Shown here: positions 47,836 through 57,617 of the stretch, piece by piece
How positions within the stretch are numbered: the stretch's first letter is position 1
Layout: every line of letters starts with the position of its first letter
Source: Trueperaceae bacterium
Lineage (GTDB): Bacteria; Deinococcota; Deinococci; Deinococcales; Trueperaceae
DNA: 64,000 nucleotides
Reading direction: 5' to 3'
NCBI GenBank assembly: GCA_965213925.1
Contig: OZ243927.1
Span: forward strand, 960,001-1,024,000
Position numbers and translations under genes: made by a program
The notes under the pieces: model-generated
The model's input: the letters and a program-made list of their open reading frames with translations, nothing else
What the model was told of the DNA's origin: nothing
Database searches by the model: none

Positions 47836-48894
47836 GTGCTCGGCGCTTCTCAAACCCACGCTTTTAAGCGAGGTAACGTGCGCCGCCTCGCCGTGCTCCG
47901 CGCTCTACCCGGTCTCGGCGATTTTTTATGCGCGACGCCCGCGCTCCGCGTACTGAGGATGGGTTTACCGGAGGCACACATCACATTGATCGGGCTCCCT
48001 TGGGTGGATTCTCTGACGTCGCGCTACGGGTTGTGGGACGCTTTCTTGCCCTTTCCGGGTGCGCTGGGCTTACCGGAAGTTCCTCCCGACGCGGCGCGTT
48101 TAGATGCCTTTATGGACGCGCAGCGGGGGCGTTTCGACCTCGTCATTCAACTTCATGGGAGCGGACCTCAGAGCAACGTGTTCGCGCTCGAGCTTGACGC
48201 CCCGCTTACTGCAGGTTTCTACTCGGCGGGGGAGGTGCAGCCCGGTCCGCTATTCCTACCTTGGGACGAGCGCGAGAACGAGGTGACGCGCTGGTTGAGG
48301 TTGCTGTTACACGTGGGTATCACAGCGGAAGATGCGGAGTTGAGTTTTCCCGTCACGTCCGAAGATAAGACGAAAGCTGAGCGTTTGAAGCTCGAGCGCG
48401 CTCTAAGTACGCCCTACCTCATCCTCCACCCCGGCGCAGCGAGCGAAGCGAAGCGGTGGTCGGTGAGGCGGTTCGCGGAGGTTGGACGTTCAGCGCAGAG
48501 GTTGGGGCTTCAAATCGTCATCACAGGTAGTTCGGGGGAAGCCGACCTCGCGCAGCATTTGCAGCGTCTCCTTCCGGACGCCGTCAACCTCGCCGGAAGA
48601 ACTGATTTAGGCACGCTCGCCGCGTTGCTTCAAAACGCCCGGCTGCTCGTCTGTAACGACACGGGCGTCTCGCACCTCGCGGCGGCGACAAAGACGCCCA
48701 GCGTCGTCCTCTTCTCTGAGACCGACCCGGCGCGCTGGGCCCCACTAGACACATCGCGTCACATCGCGATTGACGCAAACCAAAACGCACCGACCGAGAC
48801 CGTTTTAGCTGCGGTGCATTCGCTTCTAGGGGGGAGTTATGAACATTCTGACCTGGCACGTCCACGGGGCGTACCTCTACTACCTCACTCGTAA
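47836..48894 (+). CDS. Glycosyltransferase family 9
   Basis: GLGDFL, LHPGA..KRW, CNDTGVSHLA. Confidence 0.9.
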   Translation: MLGASQTHAFKRGNVRRLAVLRALPGLGDFLCATPALRVLRMGLPEAHITLIGLPWVDSLTSRYGLWDAFLPFPGALGLPEVPPDAARLDAFMDAQRGRFDLVIQLHGSGPQSNVFALELDAPLTAGFYSAGEVQPGPLFLPWDERENEVTRWLRLLLHVGITAEDAELSFPVTSEDKTKAERLKLERALSTPYLILHPGAASEAKRWSVRRFAEVGRSAQRLGLQIVITGSSGEADLAQHLQRLLPDAVNLAGRTDLGTLAALLQNARLLVCNDTGVSHLAAATKTPSVVLFSETDPARWAPLDTSRHIAIDANQNAPTETVLAAVHSLLGGSYEHSDLARPRGVPLLPHS

Positions 48895-49828
48895 CACGCG
48901 CCACCGCTACTACCTGCCCGTCAAGGAGGGCGTGCCGCCGGGTTACGGTGGGCGGCTCGGCGGTGAGCGTTGGGGCGAGCACGTTGTAGATGTGCGGGCG
49001 GAAGAGGTCAAAAACTTGGACCTCGACCTCGTGATGTATCAGTCCGCAAAAAACTGGACCGAGGACCAATACAACGACCTGAGTTCCGCACAGCGCCAAC
49101 TGCCCCGCATCTTTTTGGAGCACGACCCACCGCAGGAGAGTCCGACGAATACGCCGCATCCCGTAAACGACCCTCACGTGCTGCTCGCGCACGTCACGCC
49201 CTTCAACGACCTCATGTGGGACGCGCGGCGCACGCCCACATGCGTCGTCGAGCACGGCGTCAGCGTGCCGGAAGGTGCGCGCTACACAGGCGAGAAGGCG
49301 CGCGGGCTCGTCGTCATCAACGGATTGGGCTCGAGAGGTCGCCGCTTAGGATTAGACGTCTTTGGAGAGGTCCGCAAGCACATCCCCTTAGACCTCGTAG
49401 GCTACGGCTCGGAAGCGGTGGGCGGTCTGGGCGAGGTGCCGCATGGCGAGCTGCCCTATTTCGCCGCTCGCTACCGCTTCCTCTTCAACCCCATCCGCTA
49501 CACCTCTTTAGGGCTCGCCGTCTGCGAAGCGATGCGCGTCGGGCTGCCGGTGGTTGGGCTAGCGACGACGGAGATGGCGACCGTGGTTCAGAACGGCGTG
49601 TCGGGCTACGTGGACACGGACGTGCGCAAGCTCATTGCGGTGATGAAGCGGTTGCTCGAGCACCCGGAGGAAGCCGCGCAACTTGGGGCGGGGGCGAAAG
49701 AGGTGGCGGAAAAACGCTTCGGCATGGAGAGGTTCGCACGCGACTGGGAGGCGGCATATGAAGAGGCTGTTCAACTCGCTACGGACGTCGAAAGCGAGTC
49801 AAGAGGTTATGAGGAGGTGAGCGTTTGA
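48839..49828 (+). CDS. Glycosyltransferase family 4-like
   Basis: TWHVHG.YL, NPIRYTSLGLAVCEAM, GLPVVGLATTE. Confidence 0.88.
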   Translation: MNILTWHVHGAYLYYLTRNTRHRYYLPVKEGVPPGYGGRLGGERWGEHVVDVRAEEVKNLDLDLVMYQSAKNWTEDQYNDLSSAQRQLPRIFLEHDPPQESPTNTPHPVNDPHVLLAHVTPFNDLMWDARRTPTCVVEHGVSVPEGARYTGEKARGLVVINGLGSRGRRLGLDVFGEVRKHIPLDLVGYGSEAVGGLGEVPHGELPYFAARYRFLFNPIRYTSLGLAVCEAMRVGLPVVGLATTEMATVVQNGVSGYVDTDVRKLIAVMKRLLEHPEEAAQLGAGAKEVAEKRFGMERFARDWEAAYEEAVQLATDVESESRGYEEVSV

Positions 49829-51741
49829 AAGGCGAACGCACATCACTCAAAGTCGCCCTGATTTCAGACCACGCCTCACCCCTCGCGACGTTAGGCGGTG
49901 TGGACGCGGGCGGGCAGAACGTTTACGTCGCGCAACTCGCCAAACGACTCGCGGCGGCGGGGGTGCAAGTAGACGTCTTCACCCGCCGCACCTGCACGTC
50001 GCAAGCGGAAATCGTACCTTATGAGGGCGCGCGCGTCGTCCACGTTCCCGCCGGACCGCCCTGTCATGTGCCTAAAGAGCAGTTGCTACCCTATATGGAT
50101 ACGTTTACGGATTGGGTAGATGCGTTTGCGGCAAGGGAAGGCACATACAACCTCTTCCACGCCAACTTCTTCTTATCAGGACTTGTCGCCGCTGACCTCA
50201 AGGTGCGTACCGGCACGCCCTTCGTCGTCACCTTTCACGCGCTCGGCAAAGTGCGGCGGCTCCACCAGGGCGCGGCGGACGCCTTCCCCGACGAACGTAT
50301 GAGCATCGAAGCGCGGCTTGTGCGCGAAGCGGACGCCCTCATCGCCGAATGCCCACAGGATGTGGACGATCTGACGAACCTTTACGGCGCGGACACTTCG
50401 CAAGTTCACCTCATCCCCTGCGGCTTCGACCCTGCCGAGTTTGAACCGTTGGCTAAGGAGGAAGCGAGAGCGCGGCTCGAGCTGCCCGCCTTGCCTCAAG
50501 ACGCCCCACTCCTCCTCCAACTCGGGCGGATGGTCCCGCGCAAGGGCGTCGAGACCGTGGTGCGGGCGCTCGCTCAGGTTGAGAAAGCGCACTTGCTCGT
50601 CGTAGGCGGCGAGTCAGTGGAGCCCGACCCTATAAAAACGCCCGAAATCGGACGATTACAAGAGGTAGCAAAAGAGGTCGGCGTCGCGGCGCGCGTGCAC
50701 TTCTTGGGTCAGAAACCGAGGGGCGACCTCAAAGACCTCTACGCCGCCGCCGATGTGTTCGTCACCACACCTTGGTACGAGCCTTTTGGCATCACCCCTC
50801 TGGAGGCGATGGCGTGCGCCCGCCCAGTGGTGGGCTCGAACGTCGGCGGCGTGAAGTACAGCGTCGTGGACGGTGAAACAGGACTGCTGGTGCCACCGAA
50901 AGACCCGGACGCCCTTGCTCAAGCACTCAACCTCTTGCTCACGAATCCAAAACGCGCCGAGGCGATGGGGTGTCGCGGGCGGGCGCGGGTACTACGTGAC
51001 TTTACATGGGAGCAGGTGGCGGAAACGATGCGGCGCGTGTATGAAGAGGTGGCATTGCTACCGGAGCCTCAGCTCGAGCCTTACCCCTTCCAAACTTACG
51101 ATTTAGAGCCAACCGTCTCTGACACTATCGACCAGAACTTCACAGATGCGGTGCGGGCGCTCGAGCGCTCCCGCGACACCTTACGCGCCCCCATTGCACA
51201 AGCCGCCCGCCTCCTCACCGACTGCTTTCGGAGCGGCAACAAGCTCTTAGTTTGCGGCAACGGCGGCTCGGCGGCAGACGCGCAGCACCTAGCCGCCGAA
51301 CTCGTCGGACGCTTTCTCGTGCACGCTAGACCCGGCTTGCCCGTCATCGCCCTCAACACGGACACCTCTGTTCTGACCGCTTGGGCGAACGACGTAGGTT
51401 TCGCGGACGTGTTCGCGCGGCAGGTGCAAGCACTTGGAAGTCCGGGCGACGCGCTCCTCGTCATCAGCACGAGCGGCACGTCGGAGAACCTCGTCCGGGC
51501 TCTGCGCGAGGCGAAGGCGAAGGGGATGACCACCTTGGCGCTACTCGGCAGAGACGGGGGCGTGGCGGCGCGGCTCGCGGACGTGTCCCTCGTCGTGCCC
51601 GAGCACCACACGCCGCGCATCCAAGAGGTGCACACGCTGGTGCTGCACCTGCTTTGCGAACTCGTGGAGAACGAGTTCATACCCGTTCGGCTCACCGGGC
51701 GAGAGGTGAGTTTAGGACCTATCCCCGTCACCAACGACTAG
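49825..51741 (+). CDS. GT4 (MshA-like) fused to phosphoheptose isomerase GmhA (SIS)
   Basis: HASPLATLGGVDAGGQNVYV, YEPFGITPLEAM; then CGNGGSAADAQH, ISTSG.S.N, RIQEVH. Confidence 0.92.
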   Translation: MKGERTSLKVALISDHASPLATLGGVDAGGQNVYVAQLAKRLAAAGVQVDVFTRRTCTSQAEIVPYEGARVVHVPAGPPCHVPKEQLLPYMDTFTDWVDAFAAREGTYNLFHANFFLSGLVAADLKVRTGTPFVVTFHALGKVRRLHQGAADAFPDERMSIEARLVREADALIAECPQDVDDLTNLYGADTSQVHLIPCGFDPAEFEPLAKEEARARLELPALPQDAPLLLQLGRMVPRKGVETVVRALAQVEKAHLLVVGGESVEPDPIKTPEIGRLQEVAKEVGVAARVHFLGQKPRGDLKDLYAAADVFVTTPWYEPFGITPLEAMACARPVVGSNVGGVKYSVVDGETGLLVPPKDPDALAQALNLLLTNPKRAEAMGCRGRARVLRDFTWEQVAETMRRVYEEVALLPEPQLEPYPFQTYDLEPTVSDTIDQNFTDAVRALERSRDTLRAPIAQAARLLTDCFRSGNKLLVCGNGGSAADAQHLAAELVGRFLVHARPGLPVIALNTDTSVLTAWANDVGFADVFARQVQALGSPGDALLVISTSGTSENLVRALREAKAKGMTTLALLGRDGGVAARLADVSLVVPEHHTPRIQEVHTLVLHLLCELVENEFIPVRLTGREVSLGPIPVTND

Positions 51742-51819
51742 ATAAGAAGTGGGAAGTAAGAAGCAAGAAGTAGGAATAGCGAACGGGTTTCAAACACACA
51801 GCAGGACGAGGAGAACGAT

Positions 51820-52545
51820 ATGGCGGACGAACTCAAAGGACAAGTCACCCTCATCACCGGCGGCGGCAGCGGGCTCGGCGCGGCGCTCTGCCGCACCTTG
51901 GCGGCGGCGGGCGCGCGGGTGGTCTGCGCCGACATCAACTTAGACAACGCTGAGAAGGTGACGAGCACCTTGCAAGAGGAGGGCTTAGACGCGCAGCCCA
52001 TCCATCTCGACGTGCGCGACGACGCACAAGCGGAGCGCGTCGTGAACGACATTGTGGAGCGCTACGGTCAGCTCGACACCCTGATCAACAACGCGGGCAC
52101 CGACATCACGGTGTCCATAGAGGAGCTGAGCCTAGACGACTGGGACCGCGTGCTAGAGGTCAACTTGCGCGCGCCCTTCGTGCTCTCCAAGCTCGCGCTG
52201 CCTCTTATGAAGGGGCGCGGCGGCAGCATCATCAATATAAGCTCCACAGCGGCGAAGCGTACCTGGGCGAACGCCTCGGCGTACCACGCCTCGAAATGGG
52301 GGCTTTTGGGTCTCTCCCACGCCCTGCACGTCGAGGCGCGTCCTTGCAACGTGCGCGTCACCGCCGTCGTCGCGGGCGGGATGCGCACGCCTTTCATCAT
52401 GGACCGCTTCCCCGACACCGACCCCGGCGTGCTCCAAGAGCCCGAGAACGTCGCCAAGGCGGTGCTCTTCGCCCTGACGCAGCCCGAAGGAACGGTTGTA
52501 CCCGAGCTGACCGTGCTGCCGATGCGGGAGACCTCATGGCCTTGA
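51820..52545 (+). CDS. Classical SDR oxidoreductase
   Basis: TGGGSGLG, NNAG, YHASK. Confidence 0.93.
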   Translation: MADELKGQVTLITGGGSGLGAALCRTLAAAGARVVCADINLDNAEKVTSTLQEEGLDAQPIHLDVRDDAQAERVVNDIVERYGQLDTLINNAGTDITVSIEELSLDDWDRVLEVNLRAPFVLSKLALPLMKGRGGSIINISSTAAKRTWANASAYHASKWGLLGLSHALHVEARPCNVRVTAVVAGGMRTPFIMDRFPDTDPGVLQEPENVAKAVLFALTQPEGTVVPELTVLPMRETSWP

Positions 52546-52587
52546 GAGGGGTGACCCTAAGGAGCAACGAGCAATGAGTAAAAAGCA

Positions 52588-53181
52588 ATGAGTAGAAACC
52601 TGCAGCCGGCTATCTTTCTCGACAAAGACGGGACGCTCGTTCGGAACGTGCCCTATAGCGTGGACCCTTCGCGTGTCGTCTTAACCGAGGGAGCGGCGGA
52701 CGGGGTGCGCAGGCTGCACGCGGCGGGCTTCTCGCTCGTCGTCGTGTCGAACCAGTCGGGGGTGGCGCGGGGCTACTTCGAGGAGGCTGACCTTGATGCG
52801 GCGTGGGCGAAACTCCGCGAGCTGTTGGGCGTTCCCTTCTCGGTTTACTACTGCCCGCACCATCCCGAAGGTGATGCGCCCTACAACGTTCGGTGTGCCT
52901 GCCGTAAGCCGGAGCCGGGAATGCTTCTACAAGCTGCAAAAGAACACCGCTTAGACCTCTCGCAAAGTTGGATGGTAGGTGACATCTTGAACGATGTGGA
53001 GGCTGGGCGGCGGGCAGGCTGCCGGACGGTGCTGCTGGATAACGGCGGCGAGACGGAGTGGGGTTTGAGCCGTGAGCGGTTGCCGCACCACATCGTCAGC
53101 ACCTTTGCGGAAGCCACTGAAGTTATTTTAGCACTACAGAAAGAAAGCAACTCAGCCAGTCAGTATTTCGGGTTTTCCTGA
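52588..53181 (+). CDS. gmhB: Heptose-1,7-bisphosphate phosphatase (HAD-IIIA)
   Basis: FLDKDGTL, SNQSG, CPHHP...CACRKP, GDIL.D. Confidence 0.9.
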   Translation: MSRNLQPAIFLDKDGTLVRNVPYSVDPSRVVLTEGAADGVRRLHAAGFSLVVVSNQSGVARGYFEEADLDAAWAKLRELLGVPFSVYYCPHHPEGDAPYNVRCACRKPEPGMLLQAAKEHRLDLSQSWMVGDILNDVEAGRRAGCRTVLLDNGGETEWGLSRERLPHHIVSTFAEATEVILALQKESNSASQYFGFS

Positions 53182-53218
53182 CACGCTGACTGGCTAACTA
53201 GCTTCTCTAGGGGGAAAC

Positions 53219-54685
53219 GTGAACCATCTCAGTACACTCGAGCACTTCCGCCACAGGCGCGTTCTCGTCGTCGGCGAGGCGATGTTGGACCGCTACGTCT
53301 ACGGCGAGACGCACCGTCTCTGCCGCGAAGCGCCCGTACCCGTCGTAGCGGAGACGCGGCGGGCGGGCGTGGCGGGGGGCGCGGCGAACGCGGCGGTGAA
53401 CGCGGCGGCGCTAGGGGCGAGCGTGACCTTTCTGTCGGTTACAGGCGACGATGACGACGCGCAGGGGTTGGTGGACGCGCTGGGTCCCTACGGCGTCACC
53501 CCTCACCTCGTCAGAGACCCGGCGCGGCGCACGCTCGTCAAAGAGCGCGTTTTTGCGGGTTCGCAGATGCTGCTACGTCTGGACAGGGGCAGTACAGAAG
53601 AGGTCACGGGAACGGCTGAGTGGGAACTTACGAAGAGGTTGGCATCCCTCTGGACCTTCCACGACGCCGTCATCATCTCGGACTACGGCTACGGCGTGCT
53701 GACGGACAGCGTGCTGGAGACGCTGAAGCGCCTCCAAGCGTCAGAGCCAAAAGTTCTCGTCGCCGACGCGAAAGACCTGAGCCGCTATAAAGAGGTGGGC
53801 GTCAAAGCGGCGAAGCCCAATTATGAGGAAGCGGTTCGTTTACTACGGCTCGCCCCGCAAGCTGAAGGGCGAGCGGAGCAGTTAGAGCCCTACGCGAGCG
53901 CCCTCTTAGAGCGCAGCGGCGCTGACCTCGTCGCGCTGACCCTCGACACCGAAGGTTGCGTTCTCATTCAAGCGGGTGGTCCGCCGTATCGCACCTACGC
54001 CCGCGCCCAGCCCAACACCCAAGCGACGGGCGCGGGCGACACCTTCGTGAGCGCGCTGACGCTCGCCCTCGTAAGTGACGCGGAGCCGACGGCGGCGGCG
54101 GAAATCGCGGCGGCGGCGGCGGCAATTGTGGTTGGGCGCGGCGGCACGACCACCTGCCCTGAGCGCGAGCTGCGCGGCTACCTCTCGGGCGTCTCGAAGC
54201 GGCTGCCTTTGGAAAGCCTCTTAGCCCGTCTCGACTACCTGCGCTCAGAGGGACGGCGCGTCGTCTTCACGAACGGCTGCTTCGACTTCTTGCACCGGGG
54301 GCACGTCACCTACCTGAGTCAAGCCAAAGCGCTCGGTGATGTACTGGTGGTAGGGCTCAACGCCGACGAGAGCGTGCGGCGGCTCAAAGGCGCGACGAGA
54401 CCTGTCAATACCCTCGAGGACCGCGCCGCCGTCCTCTGTGGTCTGTCGTGCGTGGACCACGTCGTCTCCTTTCAGGAAGATACGCCCGAAGACCTCATCC
54501 GTTTAGTCAAGCCCGACGTGTACGTCAAAGGGGGCGACTACACCCTGGAGACGCTGCCCGAAGCGCCGCTTGTGCAGTCGCTCGGCGGGCGCGTCGAACT
54601 CCTTACTTACCTGCCCGACCTCTCCACGAGCGACATCATCGCGCGGGTTAAAACGGGCGCGGGCAGGGCGCTCGGGGCGGACTGA
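53219..54685 (+). CDS. hldE: Bifunctional heptose kinase / nucleotidyltransferase
   Basis: EAPVPV, GGAAN, SDYG, GAGDTF; FTNGCFDFLHRGH, GLNADESV.RLKG..RP, KGGDY. Confidence 0.93.
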   Translation: MNHLSTLEHFRHRRVLVVGEAMLDRYVYGETHRLCREAPVPVVAETRRAGVAGGAANAAVNAAALGASVTFLSVTGDDDDAQGLVDALGPYGVTPHLVRDPARRTLVKERVFAGSQMLLRLDRGSTEEVTGTAEWELTKRLASLWTFHDAVIISDYGYGVLTDSVLETLKRLQASEPKVLVADAKDLSRYKEVGVKAAKPNYEEAVRLLRLAPQAEGRAEQLEPYASALLERSGADLVALTLDTEGCVLIQAGGPPYRTYARAQPNTQATGAGDTFVSALTLALVSDAEPTAAAEIAAAAAAIVVGRGGTTTCPERELRGYLSGVSKRLPLESLLARLDYLRSEGRRVVFTNGCFDFLHRGHVTYLSQAKALGDVLVVGLNADESVRRLKGATRPVNTLEDRAAVLCGLSCVDHVVSFQEDTPEDLIRLVKPDVYVKGGDYTLETLPEAPLVQSLGGRVELLTYLPDLSTSDIIARVKTGAGRALGAD

Positions 54686-55816
54686 ATGCGAACCTGGAGC
54701 GCACTTTCACCTAAGCGCATCCTCGCCGTGCGCCTCGACACCTTAGGCGACGTGCTGATGACGGGACCTGCGATTCGAGCGTTGAAGCAAGGCGGAGCCC
54801 ACGTGACGCTGTTGACCTCCTCGAGAGGCGAAGCCGCCGCCAAGCTCTTAGAGGTAGACGAGGTCATGGTCTACGACGCGCCGTGGCTCAAAGCGACGGC
54901 GGAACGCGAGGACAGCCGACCCGAGCTAGACTTCATCGAGACGTTGCGCTCCCACCGCTTCGACGCCGCCGTCATCTTCACCACCTACACCCAAAACCCG
55001 CTCCCCACCGCCCTGACGCTCTACCTCGCCGACATCCCCTTACGCCTCGCCCACTGCCGCGAGAACCCGTACCAACTCCTCACGCACTGGGTTCGTGATG
55101 TAGAAGAGGTGACGGGCGTTCGCCACGAAGTGCGCCGCCAGCTCGACTTGGTGGCGAGCGTCGGATATGAAGTGGAGGACGAGCGGATGCAGGTGAAGAT
55201 GTCCGAGAGGTCACGGGCGTATGTGAACGAGCTTTTAGCACCTCTCGAGCTTCATAACTGGATTGCCGTTCACCCCGGCGCGAGCGCCGAATCGCGCCGC
55301 TATCCGCCCGAGAAGTTTGCGTCAGCGTGCGATATGCTGGCGCGTTCGGGGATTCAACTCGTCTTTACGGGCTCGCAGGGTGAACGAGACCTCATCGCCC
55401 AGATTCGGGCGCGGATGAGCATTCCAGCTTCCTCATATAACTTAGCGGGGAGGCTCGAGCTGCCCCAGCTCGCCGCCCTCTTAGAACGCGCCCCCTTGCT
55501 GCTTGCCAATAACACCGGACCTGTTCATTTAGCAGCAGCCGTCGGCACAAGCGTCATTGACCTCTACGCCCTCACCAACGCGCAGCACACGCCGTGGGGC
55601 GTGCCTAGCCGCGTGCTCTTCGAGGACGTGCCGTGCCGCTTCTGCTTAAAGTCGATCTGCCCGGAAGGACATAACGGCTGTTTGCACTGGGTGGAACCGG
55701 AGCGCGTGGCGGCGGCGGTGTGGGAGCTTTTGGAGACCTCTCTACCGCCTAACTACGCGCCCGTGATTCTGAACAAAGGGCAACGAAACCACGTATGGCA
55801 AGAGGTGCGCGCGTGA
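54686..55816 (+). CDS. Glycosyltransferase family 9 (WaaF-like)
   Basis: RLDTLGDVLMT, HPGAS, NNTGPVHLA, CRFC...CP.GH..C. Confidence 0.92.
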   Translation: MRTWSALSPKRILAVRLDTLGDVLMTGPAIRALKQGGAHVTLLTSSRGEAAAKLLEVDEVMVYDAPWLKATAEREDSRPELDFIETLRSHRFDAAVIFTTYTQNPLPTALTLYLADIPLRLAHCRENPYQLLTHWVRDVEEVTGVRHEVRRQLDLVASVGYEVEDERMQVKMSERSRAYVNELLAPLELHNWIAVHPGASAESRRYPPEKFASACDMLARSGIQLVFTGSQGERDLIAQIRARMSIPASSYNLAGRLELPQLAALLERAPLLLANNTGPVHLAAAVGTSVIDLYALTNAQHTPWGVPSRVLFEDVPCRFCLKSICPEGHNGCLHWVEPERVAAAVWELLETSLPPNYAPVILNKGQRNHVWQEVRA

Positions 55817-56613
55817 TCGACGTGCTCATCCCCACCTGCGAGCGTCCGGCGGCCCTCGCCGCGACCTTGGCGACGCTGGCAGCGCAGACTTATGAGGACT
55901 TCCGCGTCGTCATTTCCGACCAGAGCGAAACGAGCGTGTTCGAGCGGGGCGAGGTGCGAGCAGTAGTGCGGTGGTTGGAATATCGAGGTGTCCCTGTCCA
56001 ACGTCACCGTCACCTACCCAAGCGCGGCGTCGCGGAGCAGCGGCAGTTCCTCTTGGAGCAAGCAACCGCGCCGTACGTGCTGATGCTGGATGACGACGTG
56101 CTCTTAGAGCCTTGGGTCCTCAACCTCTTACAGCGCGTCCTCAGTGGGCAAGGTTGTGGCTTCGTCACAAACGCCTTTATCGGCTTGTCATTCAAGGACG
56201 ACGAGAGACCTCACGAGCAAGAGGTCGAGCTGTGGAACGGTCCCGTCCGCCCCGAGCGCGTCACGCCCGAAAGCGACGCCTGGTGGCGTTTCAAACTCCA
56301 CAACGCGGCGAACTTGCTCCACGTGCAAGAGAGGTTGGGTGCGACCCCTGACAACCCCATCCTCTACAAGCTCGCGTGGGCGTCGGGCTGTGTGCTCTTT
56401 GACAGACGGAAGCTTTTAGAGGTGGGCGGCTTCAGCTTCTGGCGAAACTTACCACCCGAACACGCGGGCGAGGATGTGCTGGTGCAACTCCGCGTGATGG
56501 CGCGGCATGGCGGCTGCGGCGTGATGCCTTCGGGCGTCTATCACCAGGAGTTGCCGACCACCGTCACGGACAGGCGGGTAGACGCGCCGCAGGTTTTGCC
56601 CGTGGAGGTTTAG
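55813..56613 (+). CDS. Glycosyltransferase family 2
   Basis: IDVLIPT, ISDQS, LDDD, GEDV. Confidence 0.9.
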   Translation: MIDVLIPTCERPAALAATLATLAAQTYEDFRVVISDQSETSVFERGEVRAVVRWLEYRGVPVQRHRHLPKRGVAEQRQFLLEQATAPYVLMLDDDVLLEPWVLNLLQRVLSGQGCGFVTNAFIGLSFKDDERPHEQEVELWNGPVRPERVTPESDAWWRFKLHNAANLLHVQERLGATPDNPILYKLAWASGCVLFDRRKLLEVGGFSFWRNLPPEHAGEDVLVQLRVMARHGGCGVMPSGVYHQELPTTVTDRRVDAPQVLPVEV

Positions 56614-56615
56614 CC

Positions 56616-57617
56616 ATTTCAGCGTACAGCCGTATTCTTTTTGTCGAACTTCTAGGCGGCATCGGCGACCTTATCATCGCTTTGCCCGCCATCCACGCGC
56701 TCGCTCATACCTATCCGAACGCTGAACTCTCCGTCCTGACCTTTGCGCTGGGCGGTGAACTCTTGAAGGACGACCCGCAGATCAGTAGCGTTCTCCATGC
56801 GGACAAGGGTGATGTGGCTCGAGCCGTACAAGAGGTGCTGAACGCCTCACACAACGTTCCTTTCGACCTCATCGTCTCGGACACCAATCACAGCGGTATT
56901 GCTGAGATGTTGGGGGCGTATGGCAGTGCACGCGGAACGCGGACGGTCACGAACCTCTGGCGCAACCCGCCGGACGACGCGCGCGTCGGCGAGCGTTTCG
57001 TGGAGCTTTTGCAGCGAGATAAAATTATCGGCGAGGCTAACCTGACACCGCACCTCTTCGTGAGCGGCGCGGCGCGGGGGGAGGCGGAAGAGGGGCTCGA
57101 GCCCCTCTCTCACCCTCTCGTCTTCCTCTGCCCCGAAGCCGGTATGAAGATCAAGGCGTGGCCGCCAGAGCGCTTCGTCGCTTTAGGACGGTGTCTGAAA
57201 GAGGTGTGCGGGGCGAGTCTCGTCGTGAGCGGCTTGGGAGAGGGCGCTGCAACCGTCGCCGCCGAGTTGGACGCGCTTCACCTAACGAGCGACCTATGCG
57301 GGCTCGCTGCCGCACTTGCGCAAGGCGACCTCATGATCGCCGCCGACACCGGACCAGCCCGCCTCGCCGCCGCTGTCGGCACACCCACTGTCACGCTCTT
57401 CGGACCCTCTTGGGCAGGGCGTTACGGGCAAGCGCCGCCGCACGTAAACCTGCAGGGCTACCCGGCGTGCCCCGAGCGCGTGACTGCCAACTTCACCGAG
57501 CAGGCTTGCTGGTACGCGGGCGTGTGTCCGTTAGGATTAGGGTTCGATACCTGCCTAGAGACGCTCTCAGTCGAGATGGTATTCGCGAAAGCTAAGACGC
57601 TTTTGGAGGCGACATGA
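56616..57617 (+). CDS. Glycosyltransferase family 9, probable ATT start
   Basis: In-frame RILFVELLGGIGDLI upstream of the track's TTG; ADTGPARLA; GGAGGT 6 nt before ATT. Confidence 0.85.
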   Translation: MSAYSRILFVELLGGIGDLIIALPAIHALAHTYPNAELSVLTFALGGELLKDDPQISSVLHADKGDVARAVQEVLNASHNVPFDLIVSDTNHSGIAEMLGAYGSARGTRTVTNLWRNPPDDARVGERFVELLQRDKIIGEANLTPHLFVSGAARGEAEEGLEPLSHPLVFLCPEAGMKIKAWPPERFVALGRCLKEVCGASLVVSGLGEGAATVAAELDALHLTSDLCGLAAALAQGDLMIAADTGPARLAAAVGTPTVTLFGPSWAGRYGQAPPHVNLQGYPACPERVTANFTEQACWYAGVCPLGLGFDTCLETLSVEMVFAKAKTLLEAT

